From Callorhinchus milii (lineage: Eukaryota): DNA of 64,000 nucleotides. The notes beneath the pieces are model-generated. The model made no database searches and was not told where the DNA came from. It saw nothing but the letters and a program-made list of their open reading frames with translations. Both the position numbers and the translations under genes were made by a program. Below, piece by piece: positions 24,980-37,541 of this stretch. Position 1 is the stretch's first letter; every line of letters begins with the position of its first letter. Location: NCBI RefSeq assembly GCF_018977255.1, contig NW_024704742.1, forward strand, positions 14,634,001 through 14,698,000, written 5' to 3'.

Positions 24980-27900
24980 CTCACTGGGAAGACATCACTA
25001 CCCCCATCTCCTTACTGGGCATCACCAGCCCAGTGGGCTAACCATGGCTCCCTGAACACTCCTGTCCACTCTGAGTCTCAGCGTGTGCACATTGGCTGCC
25101 GCAATTAACCCAAGCTGCTTCCCCAAGATGTTCCCGATCCCATCCCCTTCCTTCCACTACTCCCGCTGAACTCTCCTCTCCCTCCACCTGCCCCGATTCC
25201 TATCCTCCTCGACTCCCCCACGGCCTCCCTCTGCTTCATCCTTCACATTCTCCATTGTGCCCACCGTGGCAGATGCCGTCGGCTGTCCTGCAGCACCCAC
25301 CCTAACTTCCCCTTCCCCCACTCTCGCTGCAAGGCCCACTGGCCCTCATCCCATGGGAGCCAACCTTTCCTCCCTCACTCACATCCCCATCTAACCCGTC
25401 TGCCCAACCCTCCACAGCCCTCATCTCCCCCACACTCCCAACACTAACTGTCCCCTCCGCAACGGTCTGCAGAACGTCCGCTCACTAACTAACAAGTCCC
25501 TCACAATCCATGACCTCAACGTCGAAGAACACATTGACATCCTCATCCTCACTGAAACCTGGGTTCTCCCAGGTGACACCTTCCCACTAATTGAGGCCAC
25601 ACTTCCAGGTTACACCTTTCACCAAACCCCACGGCTTAATCACCATGGCAGTGTTGTGGCTCTCATCTCCCGGTCCCCCATAGGCCTTTCCCCTTACTCC
25701 TCCTGAACCATCCCCTCCTTTGAACACCTTACCCTCCACCACCCCTCCAACCTTTCCTTCAAAATCCTTCTTGTTTACCATCCCCTCAAACCTTCCCCCA
25801 CCTTCTTCTCGGACATCTCCACCCTCCTATCTTCCCTCTCCCTCTGCTCTGAACGCCTCCTAATCTTAGGTGACTTCAACTTCCACTTCACCCCCTCCTG
25901 CTCTACCTGTGCCGACTTCTCCTCCCTCCTATCTTCCCTTAACCTCTCCCTCCTCATCCACTCCCCCACCCACGACAGTGGCCACCCCTTGACCTGGTGA
26001 ACACCCGGGGCCTCACCGTCTTGGACATCACCATCATCGACAAAACCATCTCGGACCATCACTTCATCTCCCTCAACACCTTCGTATCCCTTCCCCTTTC
26101 TCAACTCTCTACCATCACATATCGTCCGTGGAAAAAAAATCTCCCTCTCCCTCTCCACTGCCCTGGAGTCATCTGAACTCCTGCACCTCTGGCCCTCCCT
26201 GACCGATCTCCCCTCCTCACTCTCTTTTCTCCACAACTCCCTCTCCTCCATTCTGGACTCCCTTGCCCCCATCACCTCCCGAACTGCCTCATTCTCCCAT
26301 AAATCCCCTTGGTACACCAACCATCTTCGTTCCCTCAAGGCACAAGTGCGAGCAGCCGAACGCGCCTGGACCAAATCCAAACCAATGGTCCATTGGCAGA
26401 TTTGGCTTCACCATACAAAGATCTACCGCTGCGCTCTTGCCTCTGCTAATAATAATAATAATAATAATAATCCTTGCATTTGATATAGCGCTTTTCACAT
26501 CGGGAGGATGTCCCAAAGCGCTTCACAGAACACACTGTAAAGTGAATTGACTGTATATTTGTGGGCGAACGCGGCAGCCAATTGCGCACAGCAATGTCCC
26601 ACAAACAATTGTAGATTGAAAATGACCGATTTATTATTGTTTTTGGTTTTGGAGGGATTATTATTAGGTGTGTGGAGTAAGGAAACTTGCCCAAGGTTTC
26701 GCCCTGCCTGGAATTGAACTCAGGTCTCTCACTTGCAAAGCGAGTGCTCTAACCACTGAGCTAAATCTTCCTTCTACTCCAAGGTTATCTTGGAGGCAAA
26801 GGACAACTCCAGGCTTCTCTTTTCCACCACTAACTGTCTCCTCTGCCCACTTTCCCATACCTCGCCCAACCTCTCTTCCAACTCCAACTGTGAGGAGATG
26901 CTGGACGTACTCAAATCCAAAATCGAGGGGATACGTTCAACCAATTCTGCACCATCCACCGCCACCCCCACATAACCTCTCCCTGATGACCCAGCCCCCC
27001 AGCCATCCCCCCCTATACTCCTTCGACCCTATCTATCGCTCTTCCCTCACAACCATCGCTCCCAAACTCAAACTCACCAACTGCTCCCTCATCTCCCAGT
27101 TCCACTATCTGGCCCCTCTCCTGTCAGACGTCATCAACCTCTCCTTGCCACTGGTTCAGTTCCCACCACCCTAAAAATAGCTGCCATCACCCCCATCCTG
27201 AAAAAACCTTCCCTGGATCCATCCCTTCTCTCCAGCTACCACCCCATTTCTAACCTCCCATTCCTCTCCAAGATCCTGGAATGAGTCATCGCGTTCCAGC
27301 TCCGCTCCTTTCTCTCTCACCATTCCCTCTTTGAACTCCCCCAATCCGGCTTCCGCTCTGCCCACAGCACGGAAACAGCCCTGGTTAAAGTCACTAATGA
27401 CATTCTGAACATCTGTGATCAGGGCTCCCTCTGCCTTCTTGTCCTCCTCGACCTCTCTGCCGCCTTCGGCACTGTCGACCACTCCATCCTCATATACCGC
27501 CTTTCCTCTTTACTCAGTCTTCATGGATCTGCCCTTGCCTGGTTCAATTCCTATTTCTCTCACCATCTCCATTTTGTTGCCTCTCACGGTTTCTCCTCCA
27601 GCCCGCACACTGTCGGATCTGGCATCCCCCAGGGCTCTGTCCTTGGCCATCTCCTCTTTGATAGCTACATGCTCCCTCTTAGTGACATCATCCACAGACA
27701 TGGGGTCAACTTCCATATGTATGCGGCTGACACCCAACTCTATCTTTCGGCCTCCACCCTCAACTCCAGGACCACTGCTATCCTGACAGACTGCCTGTCG
27801 GTCATCAAGTTCTGGATGAGGGCAAACTTCCTACAGTTGAATGTGAACAAGACTGAGGCGCTGTTGATTGGTTCACGCCAGCGCCTCCGCACCTCAGGCT

Positions 27901-28688
27901 CTGGCAACATCAACCTCCATGGTTGCACACTTCAACTCACCAAGCCAGTCAGGAACCTCGGTGTCTTGTTCGACCCTCAACTGCCTTTTCATCCCTACAT
28001 CCAAGCCATGACCCGCTCTGCCTTCTCTCACCTCCGCAACATCGCCCGACTCCGCCATTACCTCACCCCTCAGGCCCCTGAAACTCTTGTTCGTGCCTTC
28101 ATCACCTCCAGGCTTGACTATGCAAACGCCCTGCTTGTCGGCCTTCCCAACTCCTCCCTCCACAGGCTGCAGATAATCCAGAACTCTGCAGCCCGTGTCC
28201 TCTCCTGCACCAAACTCTGTGACCCCATCTCCCCCATTCTCGCTCGACTCCACTGGTTCTCTATCCTTTAGAGGATCCAGTTCAAGATCCTGGTCCTCAT
28301 ATACAAAGCCCTCCATGGCCTCGCCCCACCCTGCATCTGCGACCTCCTAAACCTCTACCAACCCACCCACTCCCTCTGCTCATCCAGCTCCGGCCTGCTC
28401 CATGTTCACCGACCCACCCGCTCCACCATTGGCGGGAGAGTCTTCAGCCACTCTGCCCCCAACCTCTGGAATTCCATCCCCCAATCACTCCGCCTCACCT
28501 CCTCCTTAGCCTCCTTCAAGTCCTGCCTCAAAGCCCTCCTCTTCGACCATGCCATCGGTCACCCCCTTCCCCTCCCCTCCCTTCTCCCCCCCTGACCCCA
28601 GCTTGGGTCTGAAATGCTGTACACTGTCCAGTGCTTTGGGACATCCTCCCGACATGAAAGGCGCTATACAAATGTAATCTTGTTGTTG
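24980..28688 (+). mobile_element. Long, possibly full-length L2 LINE (APE endonuclease plus RT), disrupted
   Basis: LQNVRSLTNK...ILILTETW (~25467), LILGDFN, SDHH, HMYAADTQLY and AFITSRLDYAN; tail aaaggcgctatacaaatgtaatc(ttg)n; many stops and frameshifts. Confidence 0.92.
26447..26763 (-). mobile_element. Short-subfamily SINE inserted in the L2
   Basis: Antisense copy lacking its first ~9 nt; GCTAA on both sides (26445-26449 and 26760-26764). Confidence 0.92.
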
Positions 28689-28882
28689 TAATCATCCCTT
28701 AAAAAATAATAATAATAATTTGGTCACTCAATCCACAACTGTTTGTGGGACATTGCTGTGCCCATTGGCTGCTGTGTTTCGCCCAAAAAATATACAGTCA
28801 ATTCACTTTAAAGTATATTCTGTGAAGCCCTTTGAGATGTTTATTAAGATGTGATGAGGTGCTACATGAAAATTATTATTAT
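28689..28882 (+). mobile_element. Long-subfamily SINE, 3' half
   Basis: taatcatccctt... resumes where 24979 stops, by comparison with the 15158 copy. Confidence 0.88.
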
Positions 28883-28924
28883 AAGAAATGTATGTGTGGT
28901 ATCATATGATAGTTATACAATAAT

Positions 28925-29280
28925 CATGTTCAAATCTCTCAATGGACTTGCCCCATCCTACCTCTGTGATCTTCTGTAATCACACTGATCCAACCATTCC
29001 CTTTGCTCAGTGAACACTGGCCTGTTTCATGTCCCCCACCCTATCCACCTCACCATTGGTAGGTGGGCTTTCAGACATTCTGCCACCGCTTTCTTGAACT
29101 CCATCCTGGAGTCCCTCCAACTCACTCACTCCCCACATTTGATGCCAGTCTCAAAATGTATGTCTTTAACCACGCTTTCAGTAATTGTTCCTCTTGCCAA
29201 CCCCTTTGGCTCCCAACCCCATTTGGGTGCCCATCCAGGCTTGCGCTTTGAGATGTCCTCCCAATGAAAAATTATATATA
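28925..29280 (+). mobile_element. L2 3' fragment
   Basis: caccattggtaggtgggctttcagacattctgcc... and tail gcgctttgagatgtcctccc. Confidence 0.7.
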
Positions 29281-29954
29281 TTAGGTATTATCATATTATA
29301 TCATGGGATCATCTGTTCAGAAGATGACTGGGACAGATGGGAGTTTCCAGCACACATAAAATTATATTTAGAAAATCCTTTGAATATCTTTCAATATTTA
29401 CTTTGATTATTAGAACACTTGAAATTAGTTAACTAAAATATTCGGTAACAAAAGGAAATGAAAACTAAAGGAAAAAACTAAAAACTAAAAAACTAAAGTA
29501 AAATCTTTTACTTAAATTGTTCGTAAAGTTGACCCATTTATATTACAGCACATATGATGTCAAAATATATCTTTCCAACTGAAGAAACTTCTGCTTGGAT
29601 CAATATTTCCATGGCATGGACATCAAAGTCAGATAATTGTTGTTTAGATGTGTCTCAGGGTTATGAACATCACAGGAAGGAAATAAATCTGATTTATCAT
29701 GGATTTTAAATCCAGTTACCTTTGATGTCTCTGCAAACATCACTAGAGAGATTCGGATAAAGTAAACCCTTTGTCCAATTTTAACTAATTCTTCCAGAAT
29801 GCTGGCTTTACTATCTACACTGAAACTTGGAGTAAATCAATGAACTTATCTTGGTTTTGAGTATGTGGTGTTGCTTTGATGATGCAAACACTCCACTGCA
29901 TCTTCCTTCTAAGACTATCCTACATGAAGGGCGCTATATAAATGCAAGTTATTC

Positions 29955-30430
29955 GTTCAACAAGATGAATGAAGGTGAGGTCAAAGAAGCAGGTCTTGAG
30001 ACAGAACTGAAGGAAGTGAAGGAAGGTGGTGAGGCGAAGGGATTCTGGGATGGAGTTCCAGAAAGTGGGGGAGAAAAGACTGAAAGCCCAACTGTCGATG
30101 GTGGGGTGGGCAGGGCAGGACAGGGTAGGGCACATGAAGCATTCCAGTGCCTGCCAAGCAAAAGGAAGTGTTTAAGAAGGTTACAGAGATAGGAGGTGGC
30201 AAGACAATGATGGGATTTAAAAGTTAGCATGGGGATCTTGAATTTGACCTTCTGGGGGATGGGGAGCCAGTGGAACTGGGCAAGAATGGGGCTGATAGAC
30301 TTGTTTTTACTGTGCAGGAGAGGACATGAGCTGAAGTGTTTTTGATGGTTTGTAGCTTGTGGAGGGAAGATTAGGGAAATCCAGTAAAGCAGAGAATGGC
30401 GTAGTCTAGCATAGATTTGATGAAAGCAAG
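29955..30430 (-). mobile_element. L2 3' fragment
   Basis: Minus-strand WAFSLFSPTFWNSIPESLR...LKTCFFD. Confidence 0.75.
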
Positions 30431-32434
30431 GAAACTATAGTAAACCAATATTAATTCTGACCTTTCCATTTCTTTATGTCATTCAGTTGATTCAAACCTT
30501 GTTTCTCTGAGTCTCTTGATACTAGATGACCTGGGAAGCTACCTCTTGTCAAGTGTGTTACTTGCTTAGCACGGGGTGGAGACGACTGCCCTGTGCAACC
30601 AACAGCTACTTGAATTGCTTCATAATTTATCAAGACATGCAGAATTGTCTTTAATGCTCCTTTATTTAATGAATAATATTACTTATCACCATGACATGTT
30701 TACCTAGAAATACACAGTCACAACACATGGCAGCAATTACCAGTGAAGGCCACAGAGACATTTCATGTTATACGCACTATAATAATATAATAATAATCCT
30801 TGCATTTGATATAGCTATATAAAATACTACGGGTACGTATGTATGCGTGTGCGTGTGTGTGTATGTATGTATGTGAAGTCTCAAACAGGTTCACACAATT
30901 GGATGTGATGAAGTGTAGTGATTATGTAACAGCTAATGTGTCGCAGCAATTTCCTATCAACAACAGCAATGAGATGAATGACTGATTGATTAATCTTGTT
31001 TTGGTGAATTTAGGTTTCACATCAAAATTCGTTATTCCATAGCTGGATTAAAGTCTTTGGATTTATTTTAAGGCTTCATTGAAACACTTTACCAGTATTA
31101 GGTATAGGGCTGCTAAATGAGCGTAAACATAAAAGTCTTCACATTAACACTGTTCAGCACTGCCCAATTCTGGGCACTGATGCAAATGTCAGGCACACAG
31201 GAGTATTAAAAATGCTTTACACTTGTTTTTAATGCTCTGAGGAATTCCCTTTCCACATCAATATTTTGAGAAGAAGAATGCTTAATCTTTTGTTTGTTTA
31301 ATTGTCCTACTTTCGTCAAGCAACAAAACAACAGTCAAGAATTTTACTGTATTTTGTTTCCAGATAGAAACTGGATACCCGACCCCATCAGCAGTTAAAA
31401 ACAAGAAGAGTTTGTTCATCTTTATGTTTACAGGAACTCTGTGATACATGTTAAGATCAGAACTTTAAGTTGGCACAAGCTGAAAAATGCTCTAAAAAGT
31501 AAGGGGCATGATCCTGCCAGAATTCTTCCCCTGTCTCGTTCTTCGATTATTATCTTTGTAGCACTGTTCAAAGAATAAGAGAAAATAAAGATTGAGTGCA
31601 CTGATCCTTTGATTAGACCACTGGTCACAAGTATGCATGTCTGGCTTGCATAAATGATGGCTTAATTTTTCATTACAGCAGTCAGTCTATTTTACACATG
31701 CAATCTTTTCTCAGCTCCTTATTGACTATGTGGTTGAAAAAAATTCAATGCATTCCATCCTCTCGTTAAGCTTGCCTTTGGACCCATATGAAAATGACAT
31801 GTGGTGAAATATTACTCAGAAAGTATGTTTTATGTGATTTCTTTACTAAGGAAATCTCGTTATAAGCACCTGATAGAAAGTTCATGACCGATGTTATTGA
31901 TCAGAACACGTTAGACAACTTTTGTTTTGGATTTTTTATATATTTTTTTCTCCCCACAAAGATAGCCGTCTTGGTTAATAGAGCAGGACTGTCAGTCTTC
32001 CAACCGTCTCCACATGTGCCTCTAATTCTGTGAGGAACTGTAGTTCAGTGATGTGGAAAAGGACTCTCCCTTCCTTTCAGACAGTTTTCCTCCCCTCCCA
32101 CGATGACCTGTCTGAGATTGACAAGACTCACACCCCAGGGAAGTTTGAACACAAACAGCAATTACATGTAGGATTTTACCTCCCGTGATCATTGTCCTAA
32201 AATTTATGATTATATGGAATTTTGAAAAAGTATGAATTATAATTTTGACTGGGAACGCTTCAAAAAAGGAAGGTAGTTCCCTGTGACATTCATGACAGCA
32301 ATTTCTTCAGATTAATTGATCATTCACCTCATAGCTGTTAGTAAGATTGTAACGGCACAAATGGCTACTGAGTTTCTCTAAAAAAATCACTGCACTTGTT
32401 TGCAATTATCTGTTTGCATTTTGAAGTGTTTTAA

Positions 32435-32835
32435 TAACACATTTCTTTGATATAGCACCTTTCACAAAAGTAGGGTGTTTCAAAACATTTCACAGGATTT
32501 ACTGTAAAGTGCAAGCACAGTGTATCTTATTGAGTAATGTTGCAGCCAATTTGCCCTCAGCAGCATTCCACAAACAGCATTGAAGTAAATGACCAATTTT
32601 ATGATTGTTGGCCAGGATACTGCAAGAAACTCCTTTTTTTCCTGAATAGTGTTATGGGATCTTTAACTTCCACAAAAGCAGGCAAACACGACTTGGGTTT
32701 AGTGTCTCATCTGAAAGGCAGTACCTCCACAATTCAGCAATGTCAGTCGAGAATGTGAGTTGACAGTCTTGATATGGAGCTTGAATCCCAACCTTCTGGC
32801 TGGGAGGCAAGAGAGTTATCAATTGAGACAAGCTT
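32435..32835 (-). mobile_element. Old SacSINE1/DeuSINE-like element just upstream of the last MYOZ2 exon
   Basis: gcagccaatttg...ccacaaacagc, atgggatctttaac, tctcatctgaaaggcagtacctcc, gaggcaagagag. Confidence 0.7.
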
Positions 32836-32906
32836 ACATCTAACATGGCACTGTTTTGACATTACATAGCATTGTAAAAATACAACTTATTTTTCTGTTA
32901 CTACAG

Positions 32907-33138
32907 AGTCGCAACTCCTTATGGAGGCTTCGATAAGGCTTCCAAAGCCTTAAATTTCAAGATACCAAAGCTAGATTTTACATCACTGGAGCCTGAGCTT
33001 AGGTCTCCTTTGTTCCAAGATGGTGTTTCTCCTCGGCCAAGCTTCAACAGGACTGCCCAAGGCTGGACCTCTATCAACGAACCAACATTTATTGATCTGT
33101 CAATGGATATTGCCCTTCCTGAAACAGATGACCTCTAA
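32907..33138 (+). CDS. MYOZ2: Myozenin-2 last coding exon (RVATPYGGFDKASK...RPSFNRTAQGW...PETDDL*)
   Basis: ctacag acceptor ends at 32906; TAA at 33136-33138. Spliced CDS 76+167+154+184+232 = 813 nt = 270 aa plus stop. The C-terminus fits the E[ST][DE][DE]L PDZ-binding motif of the myozenin/myotilin families. Confidence 0.95.
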
Positions 33139-33657
33139 AATCGTACTGTGCTCCTGATCATAACTGATGAGTCATCATCTTCCTTTAACACATATGGATG
33201 ATAATGTGCTTCATGCTGCTATGATGATAATTCGCAATGAACAAAAATTAACCCTTTGAGATATGAGCATTTGCATAGTTTGTACATACATGTAATATTG
33301 ATTTCATTAGAAAGTTCAAACATATGCCTAATGCTATAATGATTGCTACTCATAATCTTTGACACTGGATATCAATTATGGTATCCGAGACACTGTACAT
33401 ATTCTTTTCCTGCAAGCTAAAATAACTTATGTGAAAACTCAAAGGTAATGTGTGCAAAGCTTCGCATCAGTAACATTAGCCTAGAAAGGGCTTATTGCAA
33501 GATTTCTTTTGCTGACATGTACAATTTCTGTTTATTTAGCAGGTTAAGGGTCACACTATTTTGCTGAAATATCCAGTTTGATTGGCTGCTGTTCTCTTCT
33601 TTGTTCACTCCACAGCACTTGGGTCAATCATGTTGTCATCTCAGTTTCTGCAATTAT

Positions 33658-33663
33658 AATAAA
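33658..33663 (+). promoter_or_regulatory. Candidate MYOZ2 polyadenylation signal
   Basis: AATAAA ~520 nt after the stop codon. Confidence 0.55.
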
Positions 33664-33738
33664 TCAATCAGCTGCCAAACCTTCTCTATTCATTCAAAGA
33701 CCATAATAATAAGGTTCTTAGTTTTTGCATACAAAATA

Positions 33739-34060
33739 TAATAATAATAATCCTTGCATTTGATATAGCGCTTTTCACATCTTCTAGACGTCTCAAAGCA
33801 CTTCACAGAATATACTGTAAAGTGAATTGACTGTATATTTTTGGGTCAAAACGCGGCAGCCAATTGCGCACAGCAGTGAGTGTCCTACAAACAGTCGTGG
33901 ATTGAAAAATGACCAATTTATCATTGTTTTTTGTTCTTGGAGGGTTTATTATTAGGCGTGTGGAGTAAGGAAACTTGCCCAAGGTTTCGCCCTGCCTGGA
34001 ATTGAACCCGTGTGTCTTGCTTGCAAGGGGAGTGCTCTAACCACTGAGCTACAGGACTCC
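33739..34060 (-). mobile_element. Short-subfamily SINE
   Basis: Full antisense copy ending ...ccactgagctacaggactcc, ~75 nt downstream of the MYOZ2 AATAAA. Confidence 0.92.
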
Positions 34061-34534
34061 ATAAAATAAACAATCACTACACTTTATAATGAATCCAATG
34101 AAGTGCTTTGAGACATCCTCCTAATGTGGAAGGTGCTATATCATATGTAAGGATTATTATAGTTATCTTGCACTTTTCCTGCTTAATTTTTTCCTTTTCT
34201 TCATTTCTTTCCTGTCTCATCCCAGAGTACATTCCGTAGAACCATAGAACTTTACAGCAGAGAAAAAGGCTATTTGTGCCTGTGCTGGCTGTTTGAAAGA
34301 GCAGTTTATTCAGTCCCATTTACTTACATTTGCCTCATATCCTAAAAAAAATTTTTTTTGAATATCTATCTAGCTTCTGCTTAAAAACTAACATGCTGCA
34401 ACAATCCTATTAACTCTGTGTAAAAGAAATCCTGCTAGTCCTCCCTTTTGGTAAATTCCGTTAATTGGTGCCTTTTGGCACTTTGTCCCATGTTCACACC
34501 GACAGATTCACATATAACAACACTCACATGCAAC

Positions 34535-34960
34535 ACCAACAACAACAACTTGCACTTATATAGCACCTTCCATGCCAGATAGCGTGTTAGAGCACTTAAT
34601 AGTGGCAGTGCGTGACTCTGAGCCTGGGGTGAGGGGGGTGTGGGGAAGGGGGCGAGGTGACTGTAAGTATGGTCGAAAAGGAAGGTTTTCAGGCAGGACT
34701 CGAAAAAGGGGAGAGGGTGGGCAAGGTGAAGGGATTGAGGGTGAGTGTTCCAGAGTTTCGGGGCCTAGTGGCTGAATGCACAACTTCCAATAGTGGAGTG
34801 GCGGGGGTGAGGAATAAGCAGGAAGTGCTGGGTGGTGGATTGGGGAGTGAGGAGGTCGAAGAGGTAGGGAGGTGCCAGGGAGTGAAGAGATTTGAAAACG
34901 AGAGTGAGGATCTTGAAGTCTCTCCGTTTGGTAATGGTGGAACTTGGCCAGAACTGGTCC
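34535..34960 (-). mobile_element. L2 3' fragment
   Basis: Minus-strand DFKILTLVFKSLHSLAPPYLFDLL; (CAA)n tail. Confidence 0.8.
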
Positions 34961-35547
34961 CCAAAATAACACATTTCATGGCTATTTGTGGGGCATTGCT
35001 GTATGCAATTGAGCTGCTGCAATTATCTGCAAATACACAGCCATTTCAAAGTATATCCTGTGAAGCATTTTGGGATGTCCTCGTGACATGAAAGTTGCTA
35101 TACTAAATGCAAGGATTACAACAACAACTTGCCTTTATGCATCGTCTCAGAGAGCTTGTTATTGTTATTATTAATGACAATAATACCAACTGTAAGTTAT
35201 CTTAATAGTTACAACAATCTGTTAACTATATCATTAAAAATGAGCTGAATACAAAACGATGCAGTAGAATACAAAACTCAAATATAATTGCAACAAACCA
35301 CAGTACTGGCAGAGTACACCTTATGGCCTAACCATACATCAGAGCTAGAGCCAAGTAATACTCTGACTGAAACCATTCAATCCAGTCCTCAGATGAACCC
35401 TTGCTAGCGCAATACTTGCATGGAAAATCCTCCTTCACAGAAAGTTCTGATAACTCCCCCAAAGAGTTATCTATATGCTCCAACTGGAGAGGAATTGAAG
35501 AACAGAGGTGCATAAGAATTTGTTCTCAAGCCCTTTTAATCTCTTTA

Positions 35548-35970
35548 TTCATAGAATCATAGAATATTACAGCATAGAAAGAGGCCAGTTGGCCCATCGC
35601 GCCTGTGCCAGCTCTTTGGAAGAGCTACCCCCTACTCTTTCCTACTCCCCTACTCTTTCCCCATATCCCTGCAAATGTTTCCTTTTCTTGTACCTATCCA
35701 ATTCCCTTTTGAAAGTTGTTATTGAGTCTGTTTCCTAAACCTTTTCAGGCAGTGCATTTCAGACAGTAACAACTCTCTGTGTAAAAAAAAGTCTCCTCAT
35801 CTCCTCTCTGGTTCTTTTGCCAATTATTTTAAATCTATGTGCCCTGGTTACTGACCCACCTGCCAGTGGAAACAGTTTCTTTCCATCTACTCTATCAAAA
35901 CCCCTCATAATTTTAAACACCTCTTTTAAATCTCCCCTTAACGTTTTCTGCTCAAAGGAGAACAATCCTA
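35548..35970 (-). mobile_element. CR1 3' fragment
   Basis: LRGDLKEVFKIMRGFDRVDGKKLFPL...TRAHRFKI...FFTQRVV; catagaatcatagaa tail repeat. Confidence 0.85.
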
Positions 35971-36519
35971 ATTATTCTTGAATGTCTTGAAAGATTCTTG
36001 TTCCTTGGGGGTGAAACGTTCCTTAACAGATCTGATAATTATGTGTTTTGGAACTTGCCTTGAAGTACAGATTTGGGTCCCTAGATCTTCCTAATGTTTT
36101 CAAAAAAACATACTTCCACACATGCTGTTGATGATGTTTATAAAATTACAATAAAATGGTTTATGGATCATGCAATCAATGAATCAAATCTTGGCCATGC
36201 TGAGTTTACTGGACTCAGCTCAGCAGATTAAATTGGCTACAGTCTTCCCAGGGTAGGAGGAAAATATCAGCTGGCTTTTCTGTTCCTCGTCCCACTTCAG
36301 CACTCTCCGCTGGTACTGTGCATATATGGCAGCCACCTGAAGAGAGGTGACTCTTCCTGCATTTGAGTGGCCTGCAGCATTCATTGCCAGGGTGGGGACA
36401 ACCAGAATTAGGCTGCCCAAATAGAATTAAGCAGGTATTCATGGAAAGCACTTAGATGATTTGTGGATAGCAATTGCAATGGAAGCTATCAGCAGCTTCA
36501 TACCTAACTATTATGGCTA

Positions 36520-37384
36520 TCATATGGCTAACTTTCTTCACTTGAACATCAACAAGACCAAGACTCTCCTGACTGGCTCCTGTCAGCGCCTCCTCACTTC
36601 AGGCACCGACAGCATCACTATCCATGGTTGCAAACTGCACCTTGCTAAGCCAGTCCAGAACCTTGGGGCCTTGTTTGACCCTCAACTATCCTTTCTACCC
36701 CACATCTACGCCATGAGCCACTCTGCCTTCCCCCACCTCTGCAACATCACCTGGCGCTCACACTGTTTCACACCGCAGGCCGCCGAAACCCTCATACACA
36801 CCTTCATTACATCGAGGTTCGACTGCAAACTCATTGCTTGTCGGCCTCCCCAACTCCTCCATCCATAGGCTGCAGATCATCCTGAACTCTGCAGCCTGTG
36901 TCCTCTTCCGCACTAGGATCCGTGACCCTATCACCCCCATCCTTACCCAACTCCACTGGCTTCCCATCACACAGAGGATACAGTTCAAGATCCTGGTCCT
37001 CACCTCCAAAGCCCTTCATGGTCTTGCTCCCCTCTACCTCTGCGACCTCCTAACCCCCTACCATTCAGCTCACTCTCTCCGCTCAGCTGGCTCTGGCCTG
37101 CTTCAAATCCCCCGCCTTGCTGATCCCACTATTGGTAGGCGGGCCTTCTGGCACTCTGCTCCCACCTTCTGGAACTCCATCCTACAGTCCCTCTGCCTCG
37201 CCCCCTCCCTTGCCACCTTCAAGACCCATCTCAAGACCTTCCTCTTTGGCCGTGCTTTCGATCTCCCTGCTTTCCCCCCCTGCCCTCCACTCTGCCCGAC
37301 CCCGACCCCCAGCTCGGTCCAAAACTCTGTCTGTCCAGCACCTTGGGATGTCCTCCTCACAAATGAAATTTTGTTGTTGTTGTA
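36520..37384 (+). mobile_element. 5'-truncated L2
   Basis: NFLHLNINKTK, LHWLPITQRIQFKILVL and LKTFLFGRAF; (TTG)n tail. Confidence 0.88.
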
Positions 37385-37490
37385 TTTTACTACAAAACAC
37401 ACAGTCAATACATTTTATAGTAAATCCTGTGAAGCTCTTTGAGATGTCCATTAGAAGCTCTTTGAGAAGCCAATTAGAACATGCAAGTCC

Positions 37491-37540
<50 letters not shown>
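37491..37540. repeat. (ATT)n microsatellite
   Basis: About 16 uninterrupted ATT units following atgcaagtcc; probably an expanded retroposon tail. Confidence 0.95.
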
Positions 37541-37541
<1 letters not shown>

